Shown one piece after another: positions 39,402-52,160 of a stretch of 64,000 nt of DNA; position 1 is the first letter of the stretch; the number at the start of each line of letters is the position of its first letter. Location of the stretch: positions 96,001 to 160,000 of the forward strand of contig CAWIIV010000020.1 in NCBI GenBank assembly GCA_963836205.1, written 5' to 3'. Made by a program: the position numbers and the translations under genes. The notes under the pieces are model-generated. The model saw nothing but the letters and a program-made list of their open reading frames with translations, did not search any database and was not told the origin of the DNA. Source of the stretch: an uncultured Acidimicrobiia bacterium (GTDB taxonomy: Bacteria; Actinomycetota; Acidimicrobiia; Acidimicrobiales; AC-14).

Positions 39402-40421
39402 TCAGGGCTGCGACTCCGAGACGTCGCCCGTCTGGCCGAGCAGCCAGCTGCACCATTCCTCGAGGCCCTCACCAGTGCGGGCCGACGCCCGGATGACCCG
39501 GGCGGTCGGGTTCACCGCGTGCAGGTTGGCGAGGAACGTGTCGAGGTCGAAGTCGAGGTACGGGAGGAGGTCGATCTTGTTGACCACCACCACGTCGGCC
39601 GCCCGGAACATCACCGGGTACTTGAGCGGCTTCTCCTCGCCCTCGGTGACGGCGTACACCATCGCCACCGCGTGCTCCCCCACCTTGAACTCGGCCGGGC
39701 ACACCAGGTTGCCGACGTTCTCGATCACCAGCAGGTCGATGTCGTCGAGGGGCAGCCGGCGCAGGCCGGAGCGCACCATCACCGCGTCGAGGTGGCACTC
39801 GCCGCCGAAGCCCTTGCTCGTGTTGACCAGGGCGATCTCGGCCCCGTAGCCCTCGAGCTGGTCGGCGTCGATGCTGGTGGCGATGTCGCCCTCGAGGATG
39901 CCGATCCGCACCGTCGGGCTCAAGGCGGCCAGGGTCTTCTTCAACAGCGACGTCTTGCCCGCGCCCGGCGACGACATGAGGTTGACCGCCCGCACACCCG
40001 CCTTGGCCAGCGCCTGCCCGTTCTCGGCCGCCACCCGGTCGTTCTCGCCCAGGATGTCCTCCAGCACCGCCACCCGCGACCGGCCCGTCTCCGCGTAGCC
40101 GCTGTGATCACCGACGTCCCGGTGCTCGCGCGAGTGCCCGTCGGTGTGATCGTGGTCGTGCCCGCCACCGTCGTGGGGATGGTCGTGCCCGTCGTGGTCG
40201 TGCCCGTCGTGGTCGTGCCCGTCGTGGTCGTGCCCGTCGTGGTCGTGCCCGTCGTGGTCGTGCCCGTCGTGGTCGTGCCCGTCGTGGTCGTGCCCGTCGT
40301 GGTCGTGCCCGTCGTGGTCGTGCCTGTCGTGGTCGAGCATAGGGTCGAAGGACCCCAGGGGCGCGTCCTCGTGGTCGTGGTCGTGGGTGGTGCCGTCCGA
40401 ATGGCGGTGGAACCGGCCCAT
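39402..40421 (-). CDS. hypB: Nickel insertion GTPase HypB with His-rich N-terminus
   Basis: NLMSSPGAGKTSLL, ECHLDA, ENVGNLVCPAEF, KPLKYPVMF, NKID. Confidence 0.93.
   Translation of the reverse strand: MGRFHRHSDGTTHDHDHEDAPLGSFDPMLDHDRHDHDGHDHDGHDHDGHDHDGHDHDGHDHDGHDHDGHDHDGHDHDGHDHPHDGGGHDHDHTDGHSREHRDVGDHSGYAETGRSRVAVLEDILGENDRVAAENGQALAKAGVRAVNLMSSPGAGKTSLLKKTLAALSPTVRIGILEGDIATSIDADQLEGYGAEIALVNTSKGFGGECHLDAVMVRSGLRRLPLDDIDLLVIENVGNLVCPAEFKVGEHAVAMVYAVTEGEEKPLKYPVMFRAADVVVVNKIDLLPYLDFDLDTFLANLHAVNPTARVIRASARTGEGLEEWCSWLLGQTGDVSESQP
40180..40335 (-). repeat. 15-bp tandem repeat encoding (HDHDG)n, about 10 copies
   Basis: TGGTCGTGCCCGTCG repeated in tandem on the plus strand. Confidence 0.95.
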
Positions 40422-40759
40422 CAGTCCTCCTCGACGTCGAAGGAGTCGATCCGGAACTCCTCACCGCTGATCATGGTGACCTTGTCGCTGCCGCACGCCT
40501 CGCAGAGGAGGATCGGCATCTCCAGGGTGGTCTCGGCCCCGCACTTCTCGCACTCGATGACCGCCGGCACCTGCTCGATGACGAGCTTGCTCCCACCCAG
40601 GTTGGTGCCCTCGGTGAGCATCTCCCAGCAGAACGAGAGGGCGTCGGGGACGACCTGGCGGAAATGCCCGACCCGGATGGAGACGCTCGTGACGGTGCCG
40701 CCGTCGGCCAGCTTGGCGACGGAGGACGCGATCGCCTCACACAACGCCATCTCGTGCAC
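40421..40759 (-). CDS. hypA: Nickel metallochaperone HypA
   Basis: MHEMAL start, VVPDALSFCW, CEKC...CEACG, SGEEF. Confidence 0.92.
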   Translation of the reverse strand: MHEMALCEAIASSVAKLADGGTVTSVSIRVGHFRQVVPDALSFCWEMLTEGTNLGGSKLVIEQVPAVIECEKCGAETTLEMPILLCEACGSDKVTMISGEEFRIDSFDVEED

Positions 40760-40836
40760 GAAGCCACCCTCCCTCACCGTTGCGACCCTACCGACACCTT
40801 TGGCCTACCGACACCTTGGACGGTACCGCGACCCGA

Positions 40837-41587
40837 TCACCGTTCCGGGCGGGCCACCTCGAACCACACCGCCTTGCCGGCCCGGTTGGTGGTGACGCCC
40901 CAGGCGGTGGCCATCGACTCCACCATCGAGATCCCCCGGCCGGAGCTGTCGTCGGCCGACTGCTCGCGACGCCGGATCCCGTCCGGCGACTGTCGGCCAC
41001 CTCGATGCGCACCCGGTCGGGGAGGAGCTGCACCGACACGTCGACGTCGGACCGGGCGTGGATGACGGCGTTGGTCACCAGCTCGCTCACCAGCAGCTCG
41101 ACCGTGCCGAGGAGCTCGTCGCAGTCCCAGCGGCGGAGGGTCTCGTCGACGAAGCGGCGGGCCTGGCCGGCACTGGGCGCCTCCGGGGCCAGCCGGGCGG
41201 AGGCGGCGTCGACGGTGCGCCGGACGACGCCGATCATGCCCGCCACCAGCAGGATCTCGTCGCCGAGGCGGCTGGGGGGTACCGCCTTGGACAGGTGGCC
41301 GACGACCCGCCCGCTTCCCCTCCCACCGGTCCGACCTCCCGGTCGGCGAAGCCCACGACGGCGGCGTCGGGCGCAGCCTGGTGCACGGACCCGACGACCG
41401 CCCCACCCTCGGCCCCCGCCAGCAGCAGGTCGACCAGCACCAGGTCGGGCCGGAGCCGCCCGGCCGCGTCCGCCGCCTCCTCGGCGATGCCGACCTCGCC
41501 CACCAGCTCGACCTCCGACCGGCCGGACAGGGCCAGGGACACCAACAGCCGGTAATCGGGGTCGTCGTCGACGACGAGCAGGCGCAC
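40837..41587 (-). CDS. Receiver domain fused to RsbW-like ATPase; two apparent frameshifts (~41320, ~40990)
   Basis: VRLLVVDDD...PDLVLVD; SAGQARRFV, LLVSELVTNAVIHA; GRGISMVESMATAWG...GKAVWFEV, spread over three frames. Confidence 0.7.
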
Positions 41588-41592
41588 GACCC

Positions 41593-43072
<1,480 letters not shown>

Positions 43073-43127
43073 CCCTACCTCCACTCCCCAAACCCCTGGC
43101 TCGGACGTCGAGCCAAACTGCCCGCTC

Positions 43128-43155
43128 TTACCCCCCGCCCGCCACCGCCCAAACC
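43128..43155 (-). promoter_or_regulatory. Putative SigF/SigB-type promoter
   Basis: GGTTT-N17-GGGTAA upstream of the HAMP kinase. Confidence 0.55.
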
Positions 43156-43163
43156 GCAGACCC

Positions 43164-43215
43164 CGAACTGGTGACGAAAGTGGGGGCTCTGGGCCCGGAA
43201 AGTGTCACCGGTTCG
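43164..43215. repeat. 52-bp palindromic element, copy 2
   Basis: CGAACTGGTGAC-N28-GTCACCGGTTCG. Confidence 0.8.
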
Positions 43216-43239
43216 GTGGGGCGGGGAGGCCCGGCCGGC

Positions 43240-44247
43240 TCAGGCCGTCTTGCGTCCAGACCCGGCGGCGGCCTTCTTGGCCGGCGACTTCCTGTTCGGC
43301 GACCTCTTGGCGGCCGGCGACTTCTTGTCCGGCGTCTTCTTGGCGGCCGGCTTCTCGGCGGCCGGCTTCTTTCCGGCCGGACCGTCCTCCCCGTCCTCCT
43401 CCCCCGCCTCCTGGGCCAGCTTCTCGGCGGCCTTGGCCACCTCCTTCGGCAGCCTCGACCCGCCCCCCTTCCGGGCCGCAGCCAGGCTGGCTTCGAGGGC
43501 CTCCATGAGGTCGAGCACCTTGCCCTCGGTCGGGGCCGGCTCCTCGACGGTGACCTTCTTGCCCTTGGCCTTGGCCTCGATCAGGCCCTTGAGCTCCTCG
43601 GTGTAGGTGTCGTGATACCGCTTCGGGTCCCAGTCGGTGGTCAGCGACCCGATGATCTGCGACGCCAGCTTCAGCTCCTTGGCGTCCGGCTTGGGCCCCT
43701 TCCCCGGGAGGGCGTCGATGTCCGACTGGGGGACGACCTCGTCGGCGAAGCGCATGGTCGACATGGCCAGGGCCCCGTCGAGGGGACGGATGGCGGCCAG
43801 GTACTGCTTGGTGCGCATCACGACCGAGCCGATGCCGGCCTTGTTCTCGCTCTCCATCGCCGCCAGGAGCAGCCGGTACGGACGCTCGGCGCCCTCGCCG
43901 GCCGGTGCCAGCCAGTACGTGCGCTCGTAGTAGATGGGGTCGATCTCCCCCAGGTCGACGAAGTCGGCCACGTCGATGGTCTTCGTCGTGCGCGGGCGCA
44001 GGTCCTGGATCTCCTCGGTGTCGACGACCACGTACTTCCCGGACGAGACCTCGTACCCCGACTCGATGTCGTCGCCACTGACCTCCTTGCCCGTCTTGTC
44101 GGAGACCTTCTGGTAGCGGATGCGGGCCCCGCTGCCCTTCTCCAGCTGGTTGAAGTGCACGTTGTGGTCGCGTACCGCGGCATAGGCCTTCACCGGCACG
44201 CTGACCAGCCCAAAGCTGATGGAACCACTCCAGATCGCTCTCGCCAT
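43240..44247 (-). CDS. ku: NHEJ DNA end-binding protein Ku
   Basis: [43 protein letters not shown], Lys/Ala-rich tail. Confidence 0.95.
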   Translation of the reverse strand: MARAIWSGSISFGLVSVPVKAYAAVRDHNVHFNQLEKGSGARIRYQKVSDKTGKEVSGDDIESGYEVSSGKYVVVDTEEIQDLRPRTTKTIDVADFVDLGEIDPIYYERTYWLAPAGEGAERPYRLLLAAMESENKAGIGSVVMRTKQYLAAIRPLDGALAMSTMRFADEVVPQSDIDALPGKGPKPDAKELKLASQIIGSLTTDWDPKRYHDTYTEELKGLIEAKAKGKKVTVEEPAPTEGKVLDLMEALEASLAAARKGGGSRLPKEVAKAAEKLAQEAGEEDGEDGPAGKKPAAEKPAAKKTPDKKSPAAKRSPNRKSPAKKAAAGSGRKTA

Positions 44248-44278
44248 AACCCGAGTGCTACCCGGGGGCCGCCCCATC

Positions 44279-44330
44279 CGAACTGGTGACGGTTTTGGTC
44301 GTCCCGACGCCCGAAAGTGTCACCAGTTCG
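44279..44330. repeat. 52-bp palindromic element, copy 3
   Basis: CGAACTGGTGAC-N28-GTCACCAGTTCG. Confidence 0.8.
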
Positions 44331-44354
44331 GGGTGGGCGGGGCGATCGGAAGGC

Positions 44355-44924
44355 CTACCGGGTGTCGACGGCGGCGGCCAGCTCCTTCTTGGTCATGGAC
44401 GAGCGGCCGGCGATCTCCTGCTCCGAGGCCAGGGCCTTGAGCTCGTCGACGGTGAGCTTCTCCCGCTCCTCGACGGTGGGGAAGCCCATCTGCGCCCGGC
44501 GGGCGTCCATCTTCTGGCCCAGCCGCTCGCGGAAGTCGGCGTCGGTGGCCGAGCGGACCGACGGGAACAGCTCCTGCTCCTCCTCGTCGATGTGGTGCTC
44601 GACGCTCTCGATGAGGACCATGCCCTTGGCCACCCACGCGTCGCCGCCGGGCGTGAGCGCCTTCATCTCCTCGACCAGGACGTCGGCCACGTGGTGCTCC
44701 TCGAGCCCCTCGTCGATGGTCTCGCCGATCTCCTCCGAAAGGTCGTGGGCCGCGGGGTAGAAGACCTCCTCCTCGATCGTCGTGTGGATCACGAGGTCCT
44801 GGGCCAGGAGGTTGAACAGGCTCGACATCTCGGCCACGTTCTCGCTCTCGTGAGCCGACTGGAATCGGGCGAAGGTGCCCCGGAACCGGTTGTGGTCGGC
44901 AATCAGCAGGTCGAGGCAGTCCAT
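44355..44924 (-). CDS. Hemerythrin domain protein with Rho_N-like tail
   Basis: ADH, HTTIEEEVFYP, EEH, HHIDEEEQELFP; tail LTVDELKALA...IAGRSSMTKKEL. Confidence 0.88.
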   Translation of the reverse strand: MDCLDLLIADHNRFRGTFARFQSAHESENVAEMSSLFNLLAQDLVIHTTIEEEVFYPAAHDLSEEIGETIDEGLEEHHVADVLVEEMKALTPGGDAWVAKGMVLIESVEHHIDEEEQELFPSVRSATDADFRERLGQKMDARRAQMGFPTVEEREKLTVDELKALASEQEIAGRSSMTKKELAAAVDTR

Positions 44925-45013
44925 CGGGTCGCTCCTCTTTCGTCGGTCGGCGGGTTGTCACCGGGCGGGCTACCCAGAACCACCGGACAGCATGCGACTA
45001 GCGTCACGGCCCG

Positions 45014-45874
45014 ATGTGGCATGACCGCACGGTCTCGGTCGTCCTGATGACCTACGCCGAGAAGGACTCGATCCGCGGCACCATCGAGGGCTTCTTCGCC
45101 ACCGGCGTGGTCGACGAGGTGGTGGTCGTCGACAACAACGCCGAGCCCGGCACCCACGACGAGGTGGCGGCCACCGCCGCCCGGGAGGTGCACGAACCCC
45201 GCCAGGGATACGGCTTCGCCACCCAGCGGGGACTGGCCGAGGCCGCCGGCGACCTCGTCGTCCTGTGCGAGCCCGACGGCACGTTCATGCCCGGCGACAT
45301 CTTCAAGCTCCTCGTCTACAGCGACGACTGCGACGTGGTGTTCGGCACCCGCACCACCCGCGAGCTGCTCTGGCAGGGCGCCAACATGGGGTTCTTCCTC
45401 AAGTGGGGCAACTGGGGGCTGGCCAAGGTGATCGAGGTCCTGTTCAACACCAGCCACCTGAGCGACGTCGGCTGCACCTACCGCCTGCTGCGGCGGGAGG
45501 CGGTGGAACGGGTGCAGCACCGTTTCTCCGTCGGCTCCGAGCACTTCGGGCCCGAGCTGATGCTCCTCTGCCTCACGTCCGGGCTGCGGACGGTGGAGGT
45601 GCCGGTGAACTACCTCCCCCGGGTGGGGGTCTCGTCGGTGACGGGAGACCTCGGCAAGGCCTTCCGCCTGGGCCTGCGCATGGGCATCCTCATCCTCGGG
45701 TTCCGGGTGCGCACCCTGGGCCGCAAGCAGCGGGTGGACTGGAAGCGCCTCGACGACAACGCCGCCGACACCGCCGCCGCCGTCGCCACTGTCCCTGTCC
45801 CCCGTGACCACCCGGCGGCCCGCCCGCTCGACGGTCCCGACGACGACCTCCTGGAGGCCGGCTCCTCTGCGTGA
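45014..45874 (+). CDS. Glycosyltransferase family 2
   Basis: VVVVDNN, QGYGFA, EPDG, LSDVGCTYRL, EVPVNYLPRVG. Confidence 0.88.
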   Translation: MWHDRTVSVVLMTYAEKDSIRGTIEGFFATGVVDEVVVVDNNAEPGTHDEVAATAAREVHEPRQGYGFATQRGLAEAAGDLVVLCEPDGTFMPGDIFKLLVYSDDCDVVFGTRTTRELLWQGANMGFFLKWGNWGLAKVIEVLFNTSHLSDVGCTYRLLRREAVERVQHRFSVGSEHFGPELMLLCLTSGLRTVEVPVNYLPRVGVSSVTGDLGKAFRLGLRMGILILGFRVRTLGRKQRVDWKRLDDNAADTAAAVATVPVPRDHPAARPLDGPDDDLLEAGSSA

Positions 45875-47652
45875 GCCTGCGCCGGATGTCGACCTGAGTC
45901 CCCCGTCCCGCCTGGCCCGCTTCGGGCCGGTGGCGGCGGTCGTCCTGGCCTACGCCACGACCATCGCCCTCATGCCCCGGGTCGACGTCCCCGTCGGCGA
46001 CGACTGGGCCTACGCCCGCACCGTCGAACGGTTCATCAACGGCGACGGGTTCCGCATCGTCGACGCCACCGTCGCCACCCTCGTGCTCCAGGCCCTGTGG
46101 GGGGCGGCGGTGACGTCGGTCGTCGGGTTCAGCTACGTGGCCCTGCGGCTGTCGACCGTGATCCTCGTCGCCGCGGGGGCGGTCGCCCTCTACGGGCTGT
46201 GCCGGACGCTCGGGGCCAGCCGCCAGTGGTCGGCCGTGGCCGCCGCCGCCTGGCTGTTCAACCCCCTCGCCTACGTCCTGTCCAACAGCTTCATGAGCGA
46301 CGCCTCCTTCGCCGGGCTGCTGGTGGCCGCCACCCTCTTCTACGTGCGGGGCCTGGGCGGCGAACGGGAGGTGCCGAAGTGGGTGGTGGTGGGCTCGGCG
46401 GTGGCGGCCGCCGCCTTCCTCTTCCGCCAGCAGGGGGCGCTCATCCCGGCCGCGGTGGTGGGGTTCCTGCTGGTCACGCACCGGGTCCGTCTCGACCGGG
46501 CCGGCCTGCGCACCGTGGCCCGGGTGGCGGCGCTGCCCGCCCTCACCGCGGTCGCCTACCTGCTGTGGCTGCGCCTGATCCACGGCGTGCCCGCCTACCA
46601 GGAGATGTTCGCCGAGGAGCTCGGCCTGGTGTGGCGGTCAGGGACGCCCCGGCTCCTGGTCCAGCTGCTGGTGGTGATGGTCGTCTACGGCGGGCTGTTC
46701 CTGCTCCCGGTGGCGGCCTCGGCCGTCGCACGGCTGCCGGCGATGCTGCGGAACTTCCCCCGGCGAGGATGGCGGGTCACCGGTCCCCTGACGGGGCTGG
46801 CGGTGCTCGGCGCCGCCGGCTTCGCCCTCGCCGACCGGCTCATGCCCTACGTCCCCCAGTACCTGGCCGACTGGGGCATCGGCCCCGCCGACCTCCAGGG
46901 CGGCCGGCCCCTCGTCACCGGTCGGTGGCTGTGGGCGCTGGTGACGATGGCCGCCACCGTCGCCGCGGTGGTGACGGCCGTCGCCCTCGGCCGGCGGGTG
47001 GGCGAGGCCCGGGAGCCCCCGGGCGACCCCGGACGGGGTGAGATCGGCCCGGGCGACATCGGCCCGGGCGACGTCGGGACGGGCGGGGGCCGGGCTGGTG
47101 TTCGCCGTGCTCGTGGGGCAGGCGGTGGGCATGCTCCTGCCGACGTTCCACTTCCAGAACCCGACCCCCGGCGCCATCCTCACCATCACCCTCGACCGCT
47201 ACCTCCTGCCCCTGCTCCCGTTGGCGCTGGCCCTCGCCGTGTGGGCGGTGGCCGGCCTGCGCCTGCCGACATGGCCGGCGTGGGCGGTGACGGCGGTGGT
47301 GGGCGTGGTCGCGGTGGCCGGCACCCACGACTTCCTCGTCCTCCAGGGGACGACGTTCGACCTGGCCGAGGCCACTGTCCGGGCCGGCGTCGACCCCAAC
47401 CACCTCGACGGGGGTGCCCAGTGGGACGGCGAGCGCCTCTACCGGGACGGGGTCGAGGTCCCCGACCCCCGGGCCGACCGGACGTGGTGGATCAACCTGT
47501 TCGCCTGGGACAACGACTCCACCTACGTGGTGTCGACCCAGCCCCTCCCCGGCTACGTCGAGGTCCGGCGGGTGCCGTACGACACCTGGCTGCCGCCCGC
47601 CGACCAGGCCCTGCTCCTCCTCCGCCGCCCCGACGCGCCGTGGCCGCCGTAG
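45871..47652 (+). CDS. Polytopic GT-C (family 39-like) glycosyltransferase, frameshift near 47080
   Basis: PVGDDWAY, NSFMSD, FRQQG, DRYLLPL; C-terminus in a second frame. Confidence 0.78.
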
Positions 47653-47659
47653 CCGGCGC

Positions 47660-48253
47660 CTAACCGCCGAGCTCGTAGGTGATGTGGGTGGCGGTCCGGG
47701 AGACGCGCACCGACCGTTGGACCAGCTCCCGCCGGCTGCTGCCCGCGAACAGGGGTGTGCCTGCGCCCAGGATCACCGGGGCGACGTGGAGGCGCAGCTC
47801 GTCGACCAGGCCTTCGTCGACGCACTGGCGGACGACGTCGGCCCCGCCCATGACGAACACGTCCTTCGCTCCCGCCGCGGCCCGGGCCTGGGCGACGGCC
47901 GACGCCAACCCGTCGGTCACGAACGTGAAGTCCAGATCGAGGCGCACGTGCTCGGGCTCGGAGTGGGTGACGACGAAGAACGGCGGCGTCCCGGCCAGTC
48001 CGGCGCCGTAGCCCATCTCGTCGTTCCACCCGAGAGGCCCGTCGACGACGTCAAACAGGCGACGGCCCATGATGACCGCACCCGAGTCCCCGGTGGCTTC
48101 CCGGAGGACTGCGGTGTCGACCTCGTCGTCGCTGTCGACGGCCCAGGTGTGCAACGCCTCACCGCCGTGGCCCAGACCGTGTTCGAGGTCGGGATCGGGT
48201 CCGGTCACGAACCCGTCGATCGACATGGAGATATCGGCGATCACCCTGGTCAC
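47660..48253 (-). CDS. Dihydrofolate reductase / RibD_C family protein
   Basis: [40 protein letters not shown]. Confidence 0.88.
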   Translation of the reverse strand: MTRVIADISMSIDGFVTGPDPDLEHGLGHGGEALHTWAVDSDDEVDTAVLREATGDSGAVIMGRRLFDVVDGPLGWNDEMGYGAGLAGTPPFFVVTHSEPEHVRLDLDFTFVTDGLASAVAQARAAAGAKDVFVMGGADVVRQCVDEGLVDELRLHVAPVILGAGTPLFAGSSRRELVQRSVRVSRTATHITYELGG

Positions 48254-48537
48254 GGCGCCTCCCCGTCGAGGCGCTCGTGCAGGCGGACGGTGACCGTGTC
48301 GCCCGCCTGCTTGGCGATGGCGGTTCGCACGTCGGCCTTGACCGGCAACTTGTGGGTGCCGTCGCCAAGGGCCATGAACGAGCTGCGGAAGGGGTGGCCG
48401 TCGACCGTTCCCCTGATCTTCACCAGGCCGCGGGTGCCGAAGAACCCGGCCGAGCCGGGCATGACCACGTAGGTCCACCCGCCCTTGCTCGGGCTCTTCT
48501 GCAGGGTGGCGGTGAACTCCTTCTCCAACACGCTCAT
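48250..48537 (-). CDS. DUF1905 family protein
   Basis: [26 protein letters not shown]...GDTVTV. Confidence 0.85.
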   Translation of the reverse strand: MSVLEKEFTATLQKSPSKGGWTYVVMPGSAGFFGTRGLVKIRGTVDGHPFRSSFMALGDGTHKLPVKADVRTAIAKQAGDTVTVRLHERLDGEAP

Positions 48538-48569
48538 GGGGACGCCTCCTGATCGACCGGCTACTGACG

Positions 48570-48598
48570 TAGACGGGGGAACGCGCTCGGACTCATCG
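48570..48598 (-). promoter_or_regulatory. Putative SigG-like ECF promoter
   Basis: CGATGA-N18-GTCT upstream of the DUF1905-DHFR pair. Confidence 0.45.
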
Positions 48599-48610
48599 CT
48601 GCTCTTTCAT

Positions 48611-48673
48611 TCAACCAGATGGTTGACAACGCCCGCCGACCGGTCTACGTTGGTGTTCAACCGAATGGTTGAA
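48611..48673. promoter_or_regulatory. Two palindromic ArsR-type operators
   Basis: TCAACC-AGAT-GGTTGA (48611-48626) and TTCAACC-GAAT-GGTTGAA (48656-48673) before the ArsR gene. Confidence 0.75.
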
Positions 48674-48689
48674 TGAAAGGAGGAGGCCA

Positions 48690-49073
48690 GTGTCGGCAGA
48701 TCCGTTGTCCCGGGTGTTCTCGGCCCTGGCCGACCCCATCCGGCGCGACATGGTGGCCCGGCTGGCGGTGGCCGACGCCACCGTGAACGAGCTGGCCGAG
48801 CCCTACGACGTGACCGTCCAGGCCGTCTCCAAGCACCTCAAGGTGCTGGCGGAGGCGGGCCTGGTGAGCCGGACCCGGGAGGCCCAGCGTCGCCCGGTGC
48901 ACCTCGAAGCGGAGGTCTTCGACCTGATGACCAAGTGGATCGAGCGCTACCGCGGCCAGGCCGAGGAGCGCTACCGCCGCCTCGACGACGTCCTCCGGTC
49001 TATGCCGGACTTCGCCGCACCCACCCCTCAGGTCGCACCCACCCCTCAGACCGAGAAAGGAACACCGAGATGA
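48690..49073 (+). CDS. ArsR-family transcriptional regulator
   Basis: FSALADPIRR, AVSKHLKVLAEAGLV. Confidence 0.9.
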   Translation: MSADPLSRVFSALADPIRRDMVARLAVADATVNELAEPYDVTVQAVSKHLKVLAEAGLVSRTREAQRRPVHLEAEVFDLMTKWIERYRGQAEERYRRLDDVLRSMPDFAAPTPQVAPTPQTEKGTPR

Positions 49074-49549
49074 CCACCACCACCCACGAGACCGAGATCA
49101 TCGTCGACCCCGACCTCCCCCTCGTCCGCATCATCCGCGAGTTCGACGCTCCCCCGGCCAAGGTCTTCCGGGCCCACACCGACCCCGACCTCTTCGTCCG
49201 GTGGAACGGCCCCCGGGGCATGGAGACGCGGATCGACCAGTTCGACTGCCGCACCGGCGGGTCGTACCGCTACCTGATGACGCAGGACGGCGAGGAGTAC
49301 GGCTTCCGGGGTTGCTTCCACGAGCTGCGCCCGGCCGAGCTGCTCGTGCAGACGTTCACCTTCGAGGGCATGCCCGACGGCGTGGCCCTCGAGCGGATCG
49401 TGTTCGAGGACCTCGGCGACGGTCGCACCCGGCTCACGTCGACCTCGTTGGTCGACTCCTTCGAGGTCCGCGACGCCTTCGTGGCCAGCGGCATGGACGT
49501 CGGCGTCCGCGACGGCTACGAGCGCCTCGACGAGCTGCTGGCCGGCTGA
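49070..49549 (+). CDS. SRPBCC/AHSA1 family protein
   Basis: IIREFDAPPAKVFRAHTDP, DCRTGGSYR, SGMDVGV...YERLDELL. Confidence 0.88.
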   Translation: MTTTTHETEIIVDPDLPLVRIIREFDAPPAKVFRAHTDPDLFVRWNGPRGMETRIDQFDCRTGGSYRYLMTQDGEEYGFRGCFHELRPAELLVQTFTFEGMPDGVALERIVFEDLGDGRTRLTSTSLVDSFEVRDAFVASGMDVGVRDGYERLDELLAG

Positions 49550-49586
49550 GCGCGGGTCGTTCGGCCGTTGCGCCCTTCAGGCGACC

Positions 49587-50030
49587 TCAGGTGATCGGGG
49601 GGCGCTCCTCGTCATGCCAGCGGCGCAGGCGGCCGATGGCGGCGGGGAGCGTCCCGTCGCCGAGGCAGGTGAGGATCGTCCCCTCCGAGAACCGGTCGGC
49701 CCGGACGACGGCCGTCACCATCCGGACCGCCTCGGCCACGGGGGCCGCGTCGAGGCCGCGGCCGCCCGGGTACCGGCTGAGCCCGTCCCACGAGTGCCAG
49801 TCGAACGGGAGGCTGGCCCCCAGGGCGTAGATGGCGGCGATGACCCGGTCCACCGCGGGGCTGTAGACGACGTACGGCATCTGGAGGACGGGCTGGTCGA
49901 AGCCCGCCCACCGCCCGGGTTCGGGCTCGGCGTCGAGGGCCACCACCGCGTCCCAAAGGTCGTCCCACCGGGCCTCAGGCGCAGCCCGCAGGAGCCGCTC
50001 GATCTCGCCGTCACCCGGCCCGTCGAACAC
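49587..50030 (-). CDS. DUF6508-like protein
   Basis: QMPY, FDWHSW, TAVVRADRFSEG. Confidence 0.72.
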   Translation of the reverse strand: MFDGPGDGEIERLLRAAPEARWDDLWDAVVALDAEPEPGRWAGFDQPVLQMPYVVYSPAVDRVIAAIYALGASLPFDWHSWDGLSRYPGGRGLDAAPVAEAVRMVTAVVRADRFSEGTILTCLGDGTLPAAIGRLRRWHDEERPPIT

Positions 50031-50141
50031 CGGAGGAGGCTACGCCGACCCTTGCCTAAGGGTCTCTCGGTGCGTTCGCGGGCGGGTCGGCGCGAGACTG
50101 GATGGGAGCGTGGAGTCGAATCTCGCAGGTGGGAGGCCCAG

Positions 50142-50562
50142 ATGATCCGCTTCGACGTGCTCGTCGCCAACGTGACCGAGGCCGGCGACATCGTCCTGCT
50201 CGCCTTCGTCGTGATCCTCACCCTCGCTGTGGGCCTGGCCTTGCTCGGCATCGACGCCGTCGTGGCCCGCCGTGGGCGGCGAGGTGGCCGAGGTCGTAGC
50301 CGCGACGGAGACTGCCCGTGCGGGCCCGTCCGACCTTGCCCTCAGGAGGGAGGTCCAGACGGGCATCACCAGGCCGCCTCCCGGTACCGGCCGCCGGGTG
50401 CGAGCTGGACGGGCGAGGTTCCATCCAGGCGGACGAGCCCGTGGCCTGAGCGCAGATCGAGATGGCCGTCCGAGCACTTCCCGGGCCCCAGCGCTGGTCG
50501 GAGGGACGATCATGATCGGGCGGCGGGGGCTTCGCCGGTCCCGCGGGACCGCTATGCGATGA
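50142..50562 (+). CDS. Possible small membrane protein (3' end uncertain)
   Basis: GGGAGG RBS, hydrophobic N-terminus MIRFDVLV...LLGIDA; reading frame unclear afterwards. Confidence 0.3.
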
Positions 50563-50569
50563 TCGCCCG

Positions 50570-51208
50570 GTGCGCGACGCGTCCGCCTACTTTTCCACCC
50601 GCTTCACGCCCACCGAGGCGCGCGACAAGGTGTGGGCGTCGCTGTGCACCTACCTCCAGCGTTGGGTCCCGGACGACGCGGCCGTGCTCGACCTCGGCGC
50701 CGGCTACGGCGATTTCAGCCGTCACATCAAGGGTGGGCGGCGGGTGGCCTTCGACGCCAACCCGGGGCTGCCCGACATGGTCGAGCGGCCGATCGAGGCT
50801 GAGGTCGGCGACGTCACCGACCTCACCCGGTTCCCGGACGAGACCTTCGACGTCGCCTTCGCCAGCAACCTGCTCGAGCACCTGGCGTGGCCGGAGCTGG
50901 AGCGGGCGATCGCCGAGATCCGGCGCGTCCTGCGCCCGGGCGGCCGCTTCATGGCGGTGCAGCCGAACTTCCGCCTGAGGCCACGGGAGTACTTCGACGA
51001 CTACACCCACCGGACGATCTTCACCGATCGCTCGCTCGGTGACTTCCTGGCCGCGTCCGGGTTCGCGGTCGAGCACGTCGAGCCCCGCTTCCTGCCGCTC
51101 ACCATGAAGTCCCGGTTGTCCTTCGGCCACGCCCTGGTGCCCCTCTACCTGCGCCTGCCCTATCGGCCGCTCGCCGGGCAGATGCTCGTGGTGGCCGGCC
51201 GCGCCTGA
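50570..51208 (+). CDS. Class I SAM-dependent methyltransferase
   Basis: VLDLGAGYG, FDVAFASNLLEHL, LRPGG, YFDDYTH. Confidence 0.88.
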   Translation: MRDASAYFSTRFTPTEARDKVWASLCTYLQRWVPDDAAVLDLGAGYGDFSRHIKGGRRVAFDANPGLPDMVERPIEAEVGDVTDLTRFPDETFDVAFASNLLEHLAWPELERAIAEIRRVLRPGGRFMAVQPNFRLRPREYFDDYTHRTIFTDRSLGDFLAASGFAVEHVEPRFLPLTMKSRLSFGHALVPLYLRLPYRPLAGQMLVVAGRA

Positions 51209-51296
51209 CCGACGAGGGGGGCGCCGGCCCCGCACCCAGATGCCGACCGGGCAACGGGTCGTCCCCTACCGTGAGCCTCCTACGACCGGAGGACAC

Positions 51297-52118
<822 letters not shown>

Positions 52119-52160
52119 CCGAGCGGTGGCGACTGCCGGGGGTGCGGCCCAGGAATGGTG

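Noticed and set aside
40180-40335. Tandem repeat as a possible CRISPR array
   Set aside because: No spacers, 15-bp unit, in frame within hypB, no cas genes
49017-49050. 18-bp tandem duplication in the ArsR tail (and a 15-bp one at 47043-47075)
   Set aside because: Simple in-frame slippage in disordered linkers with no evident function
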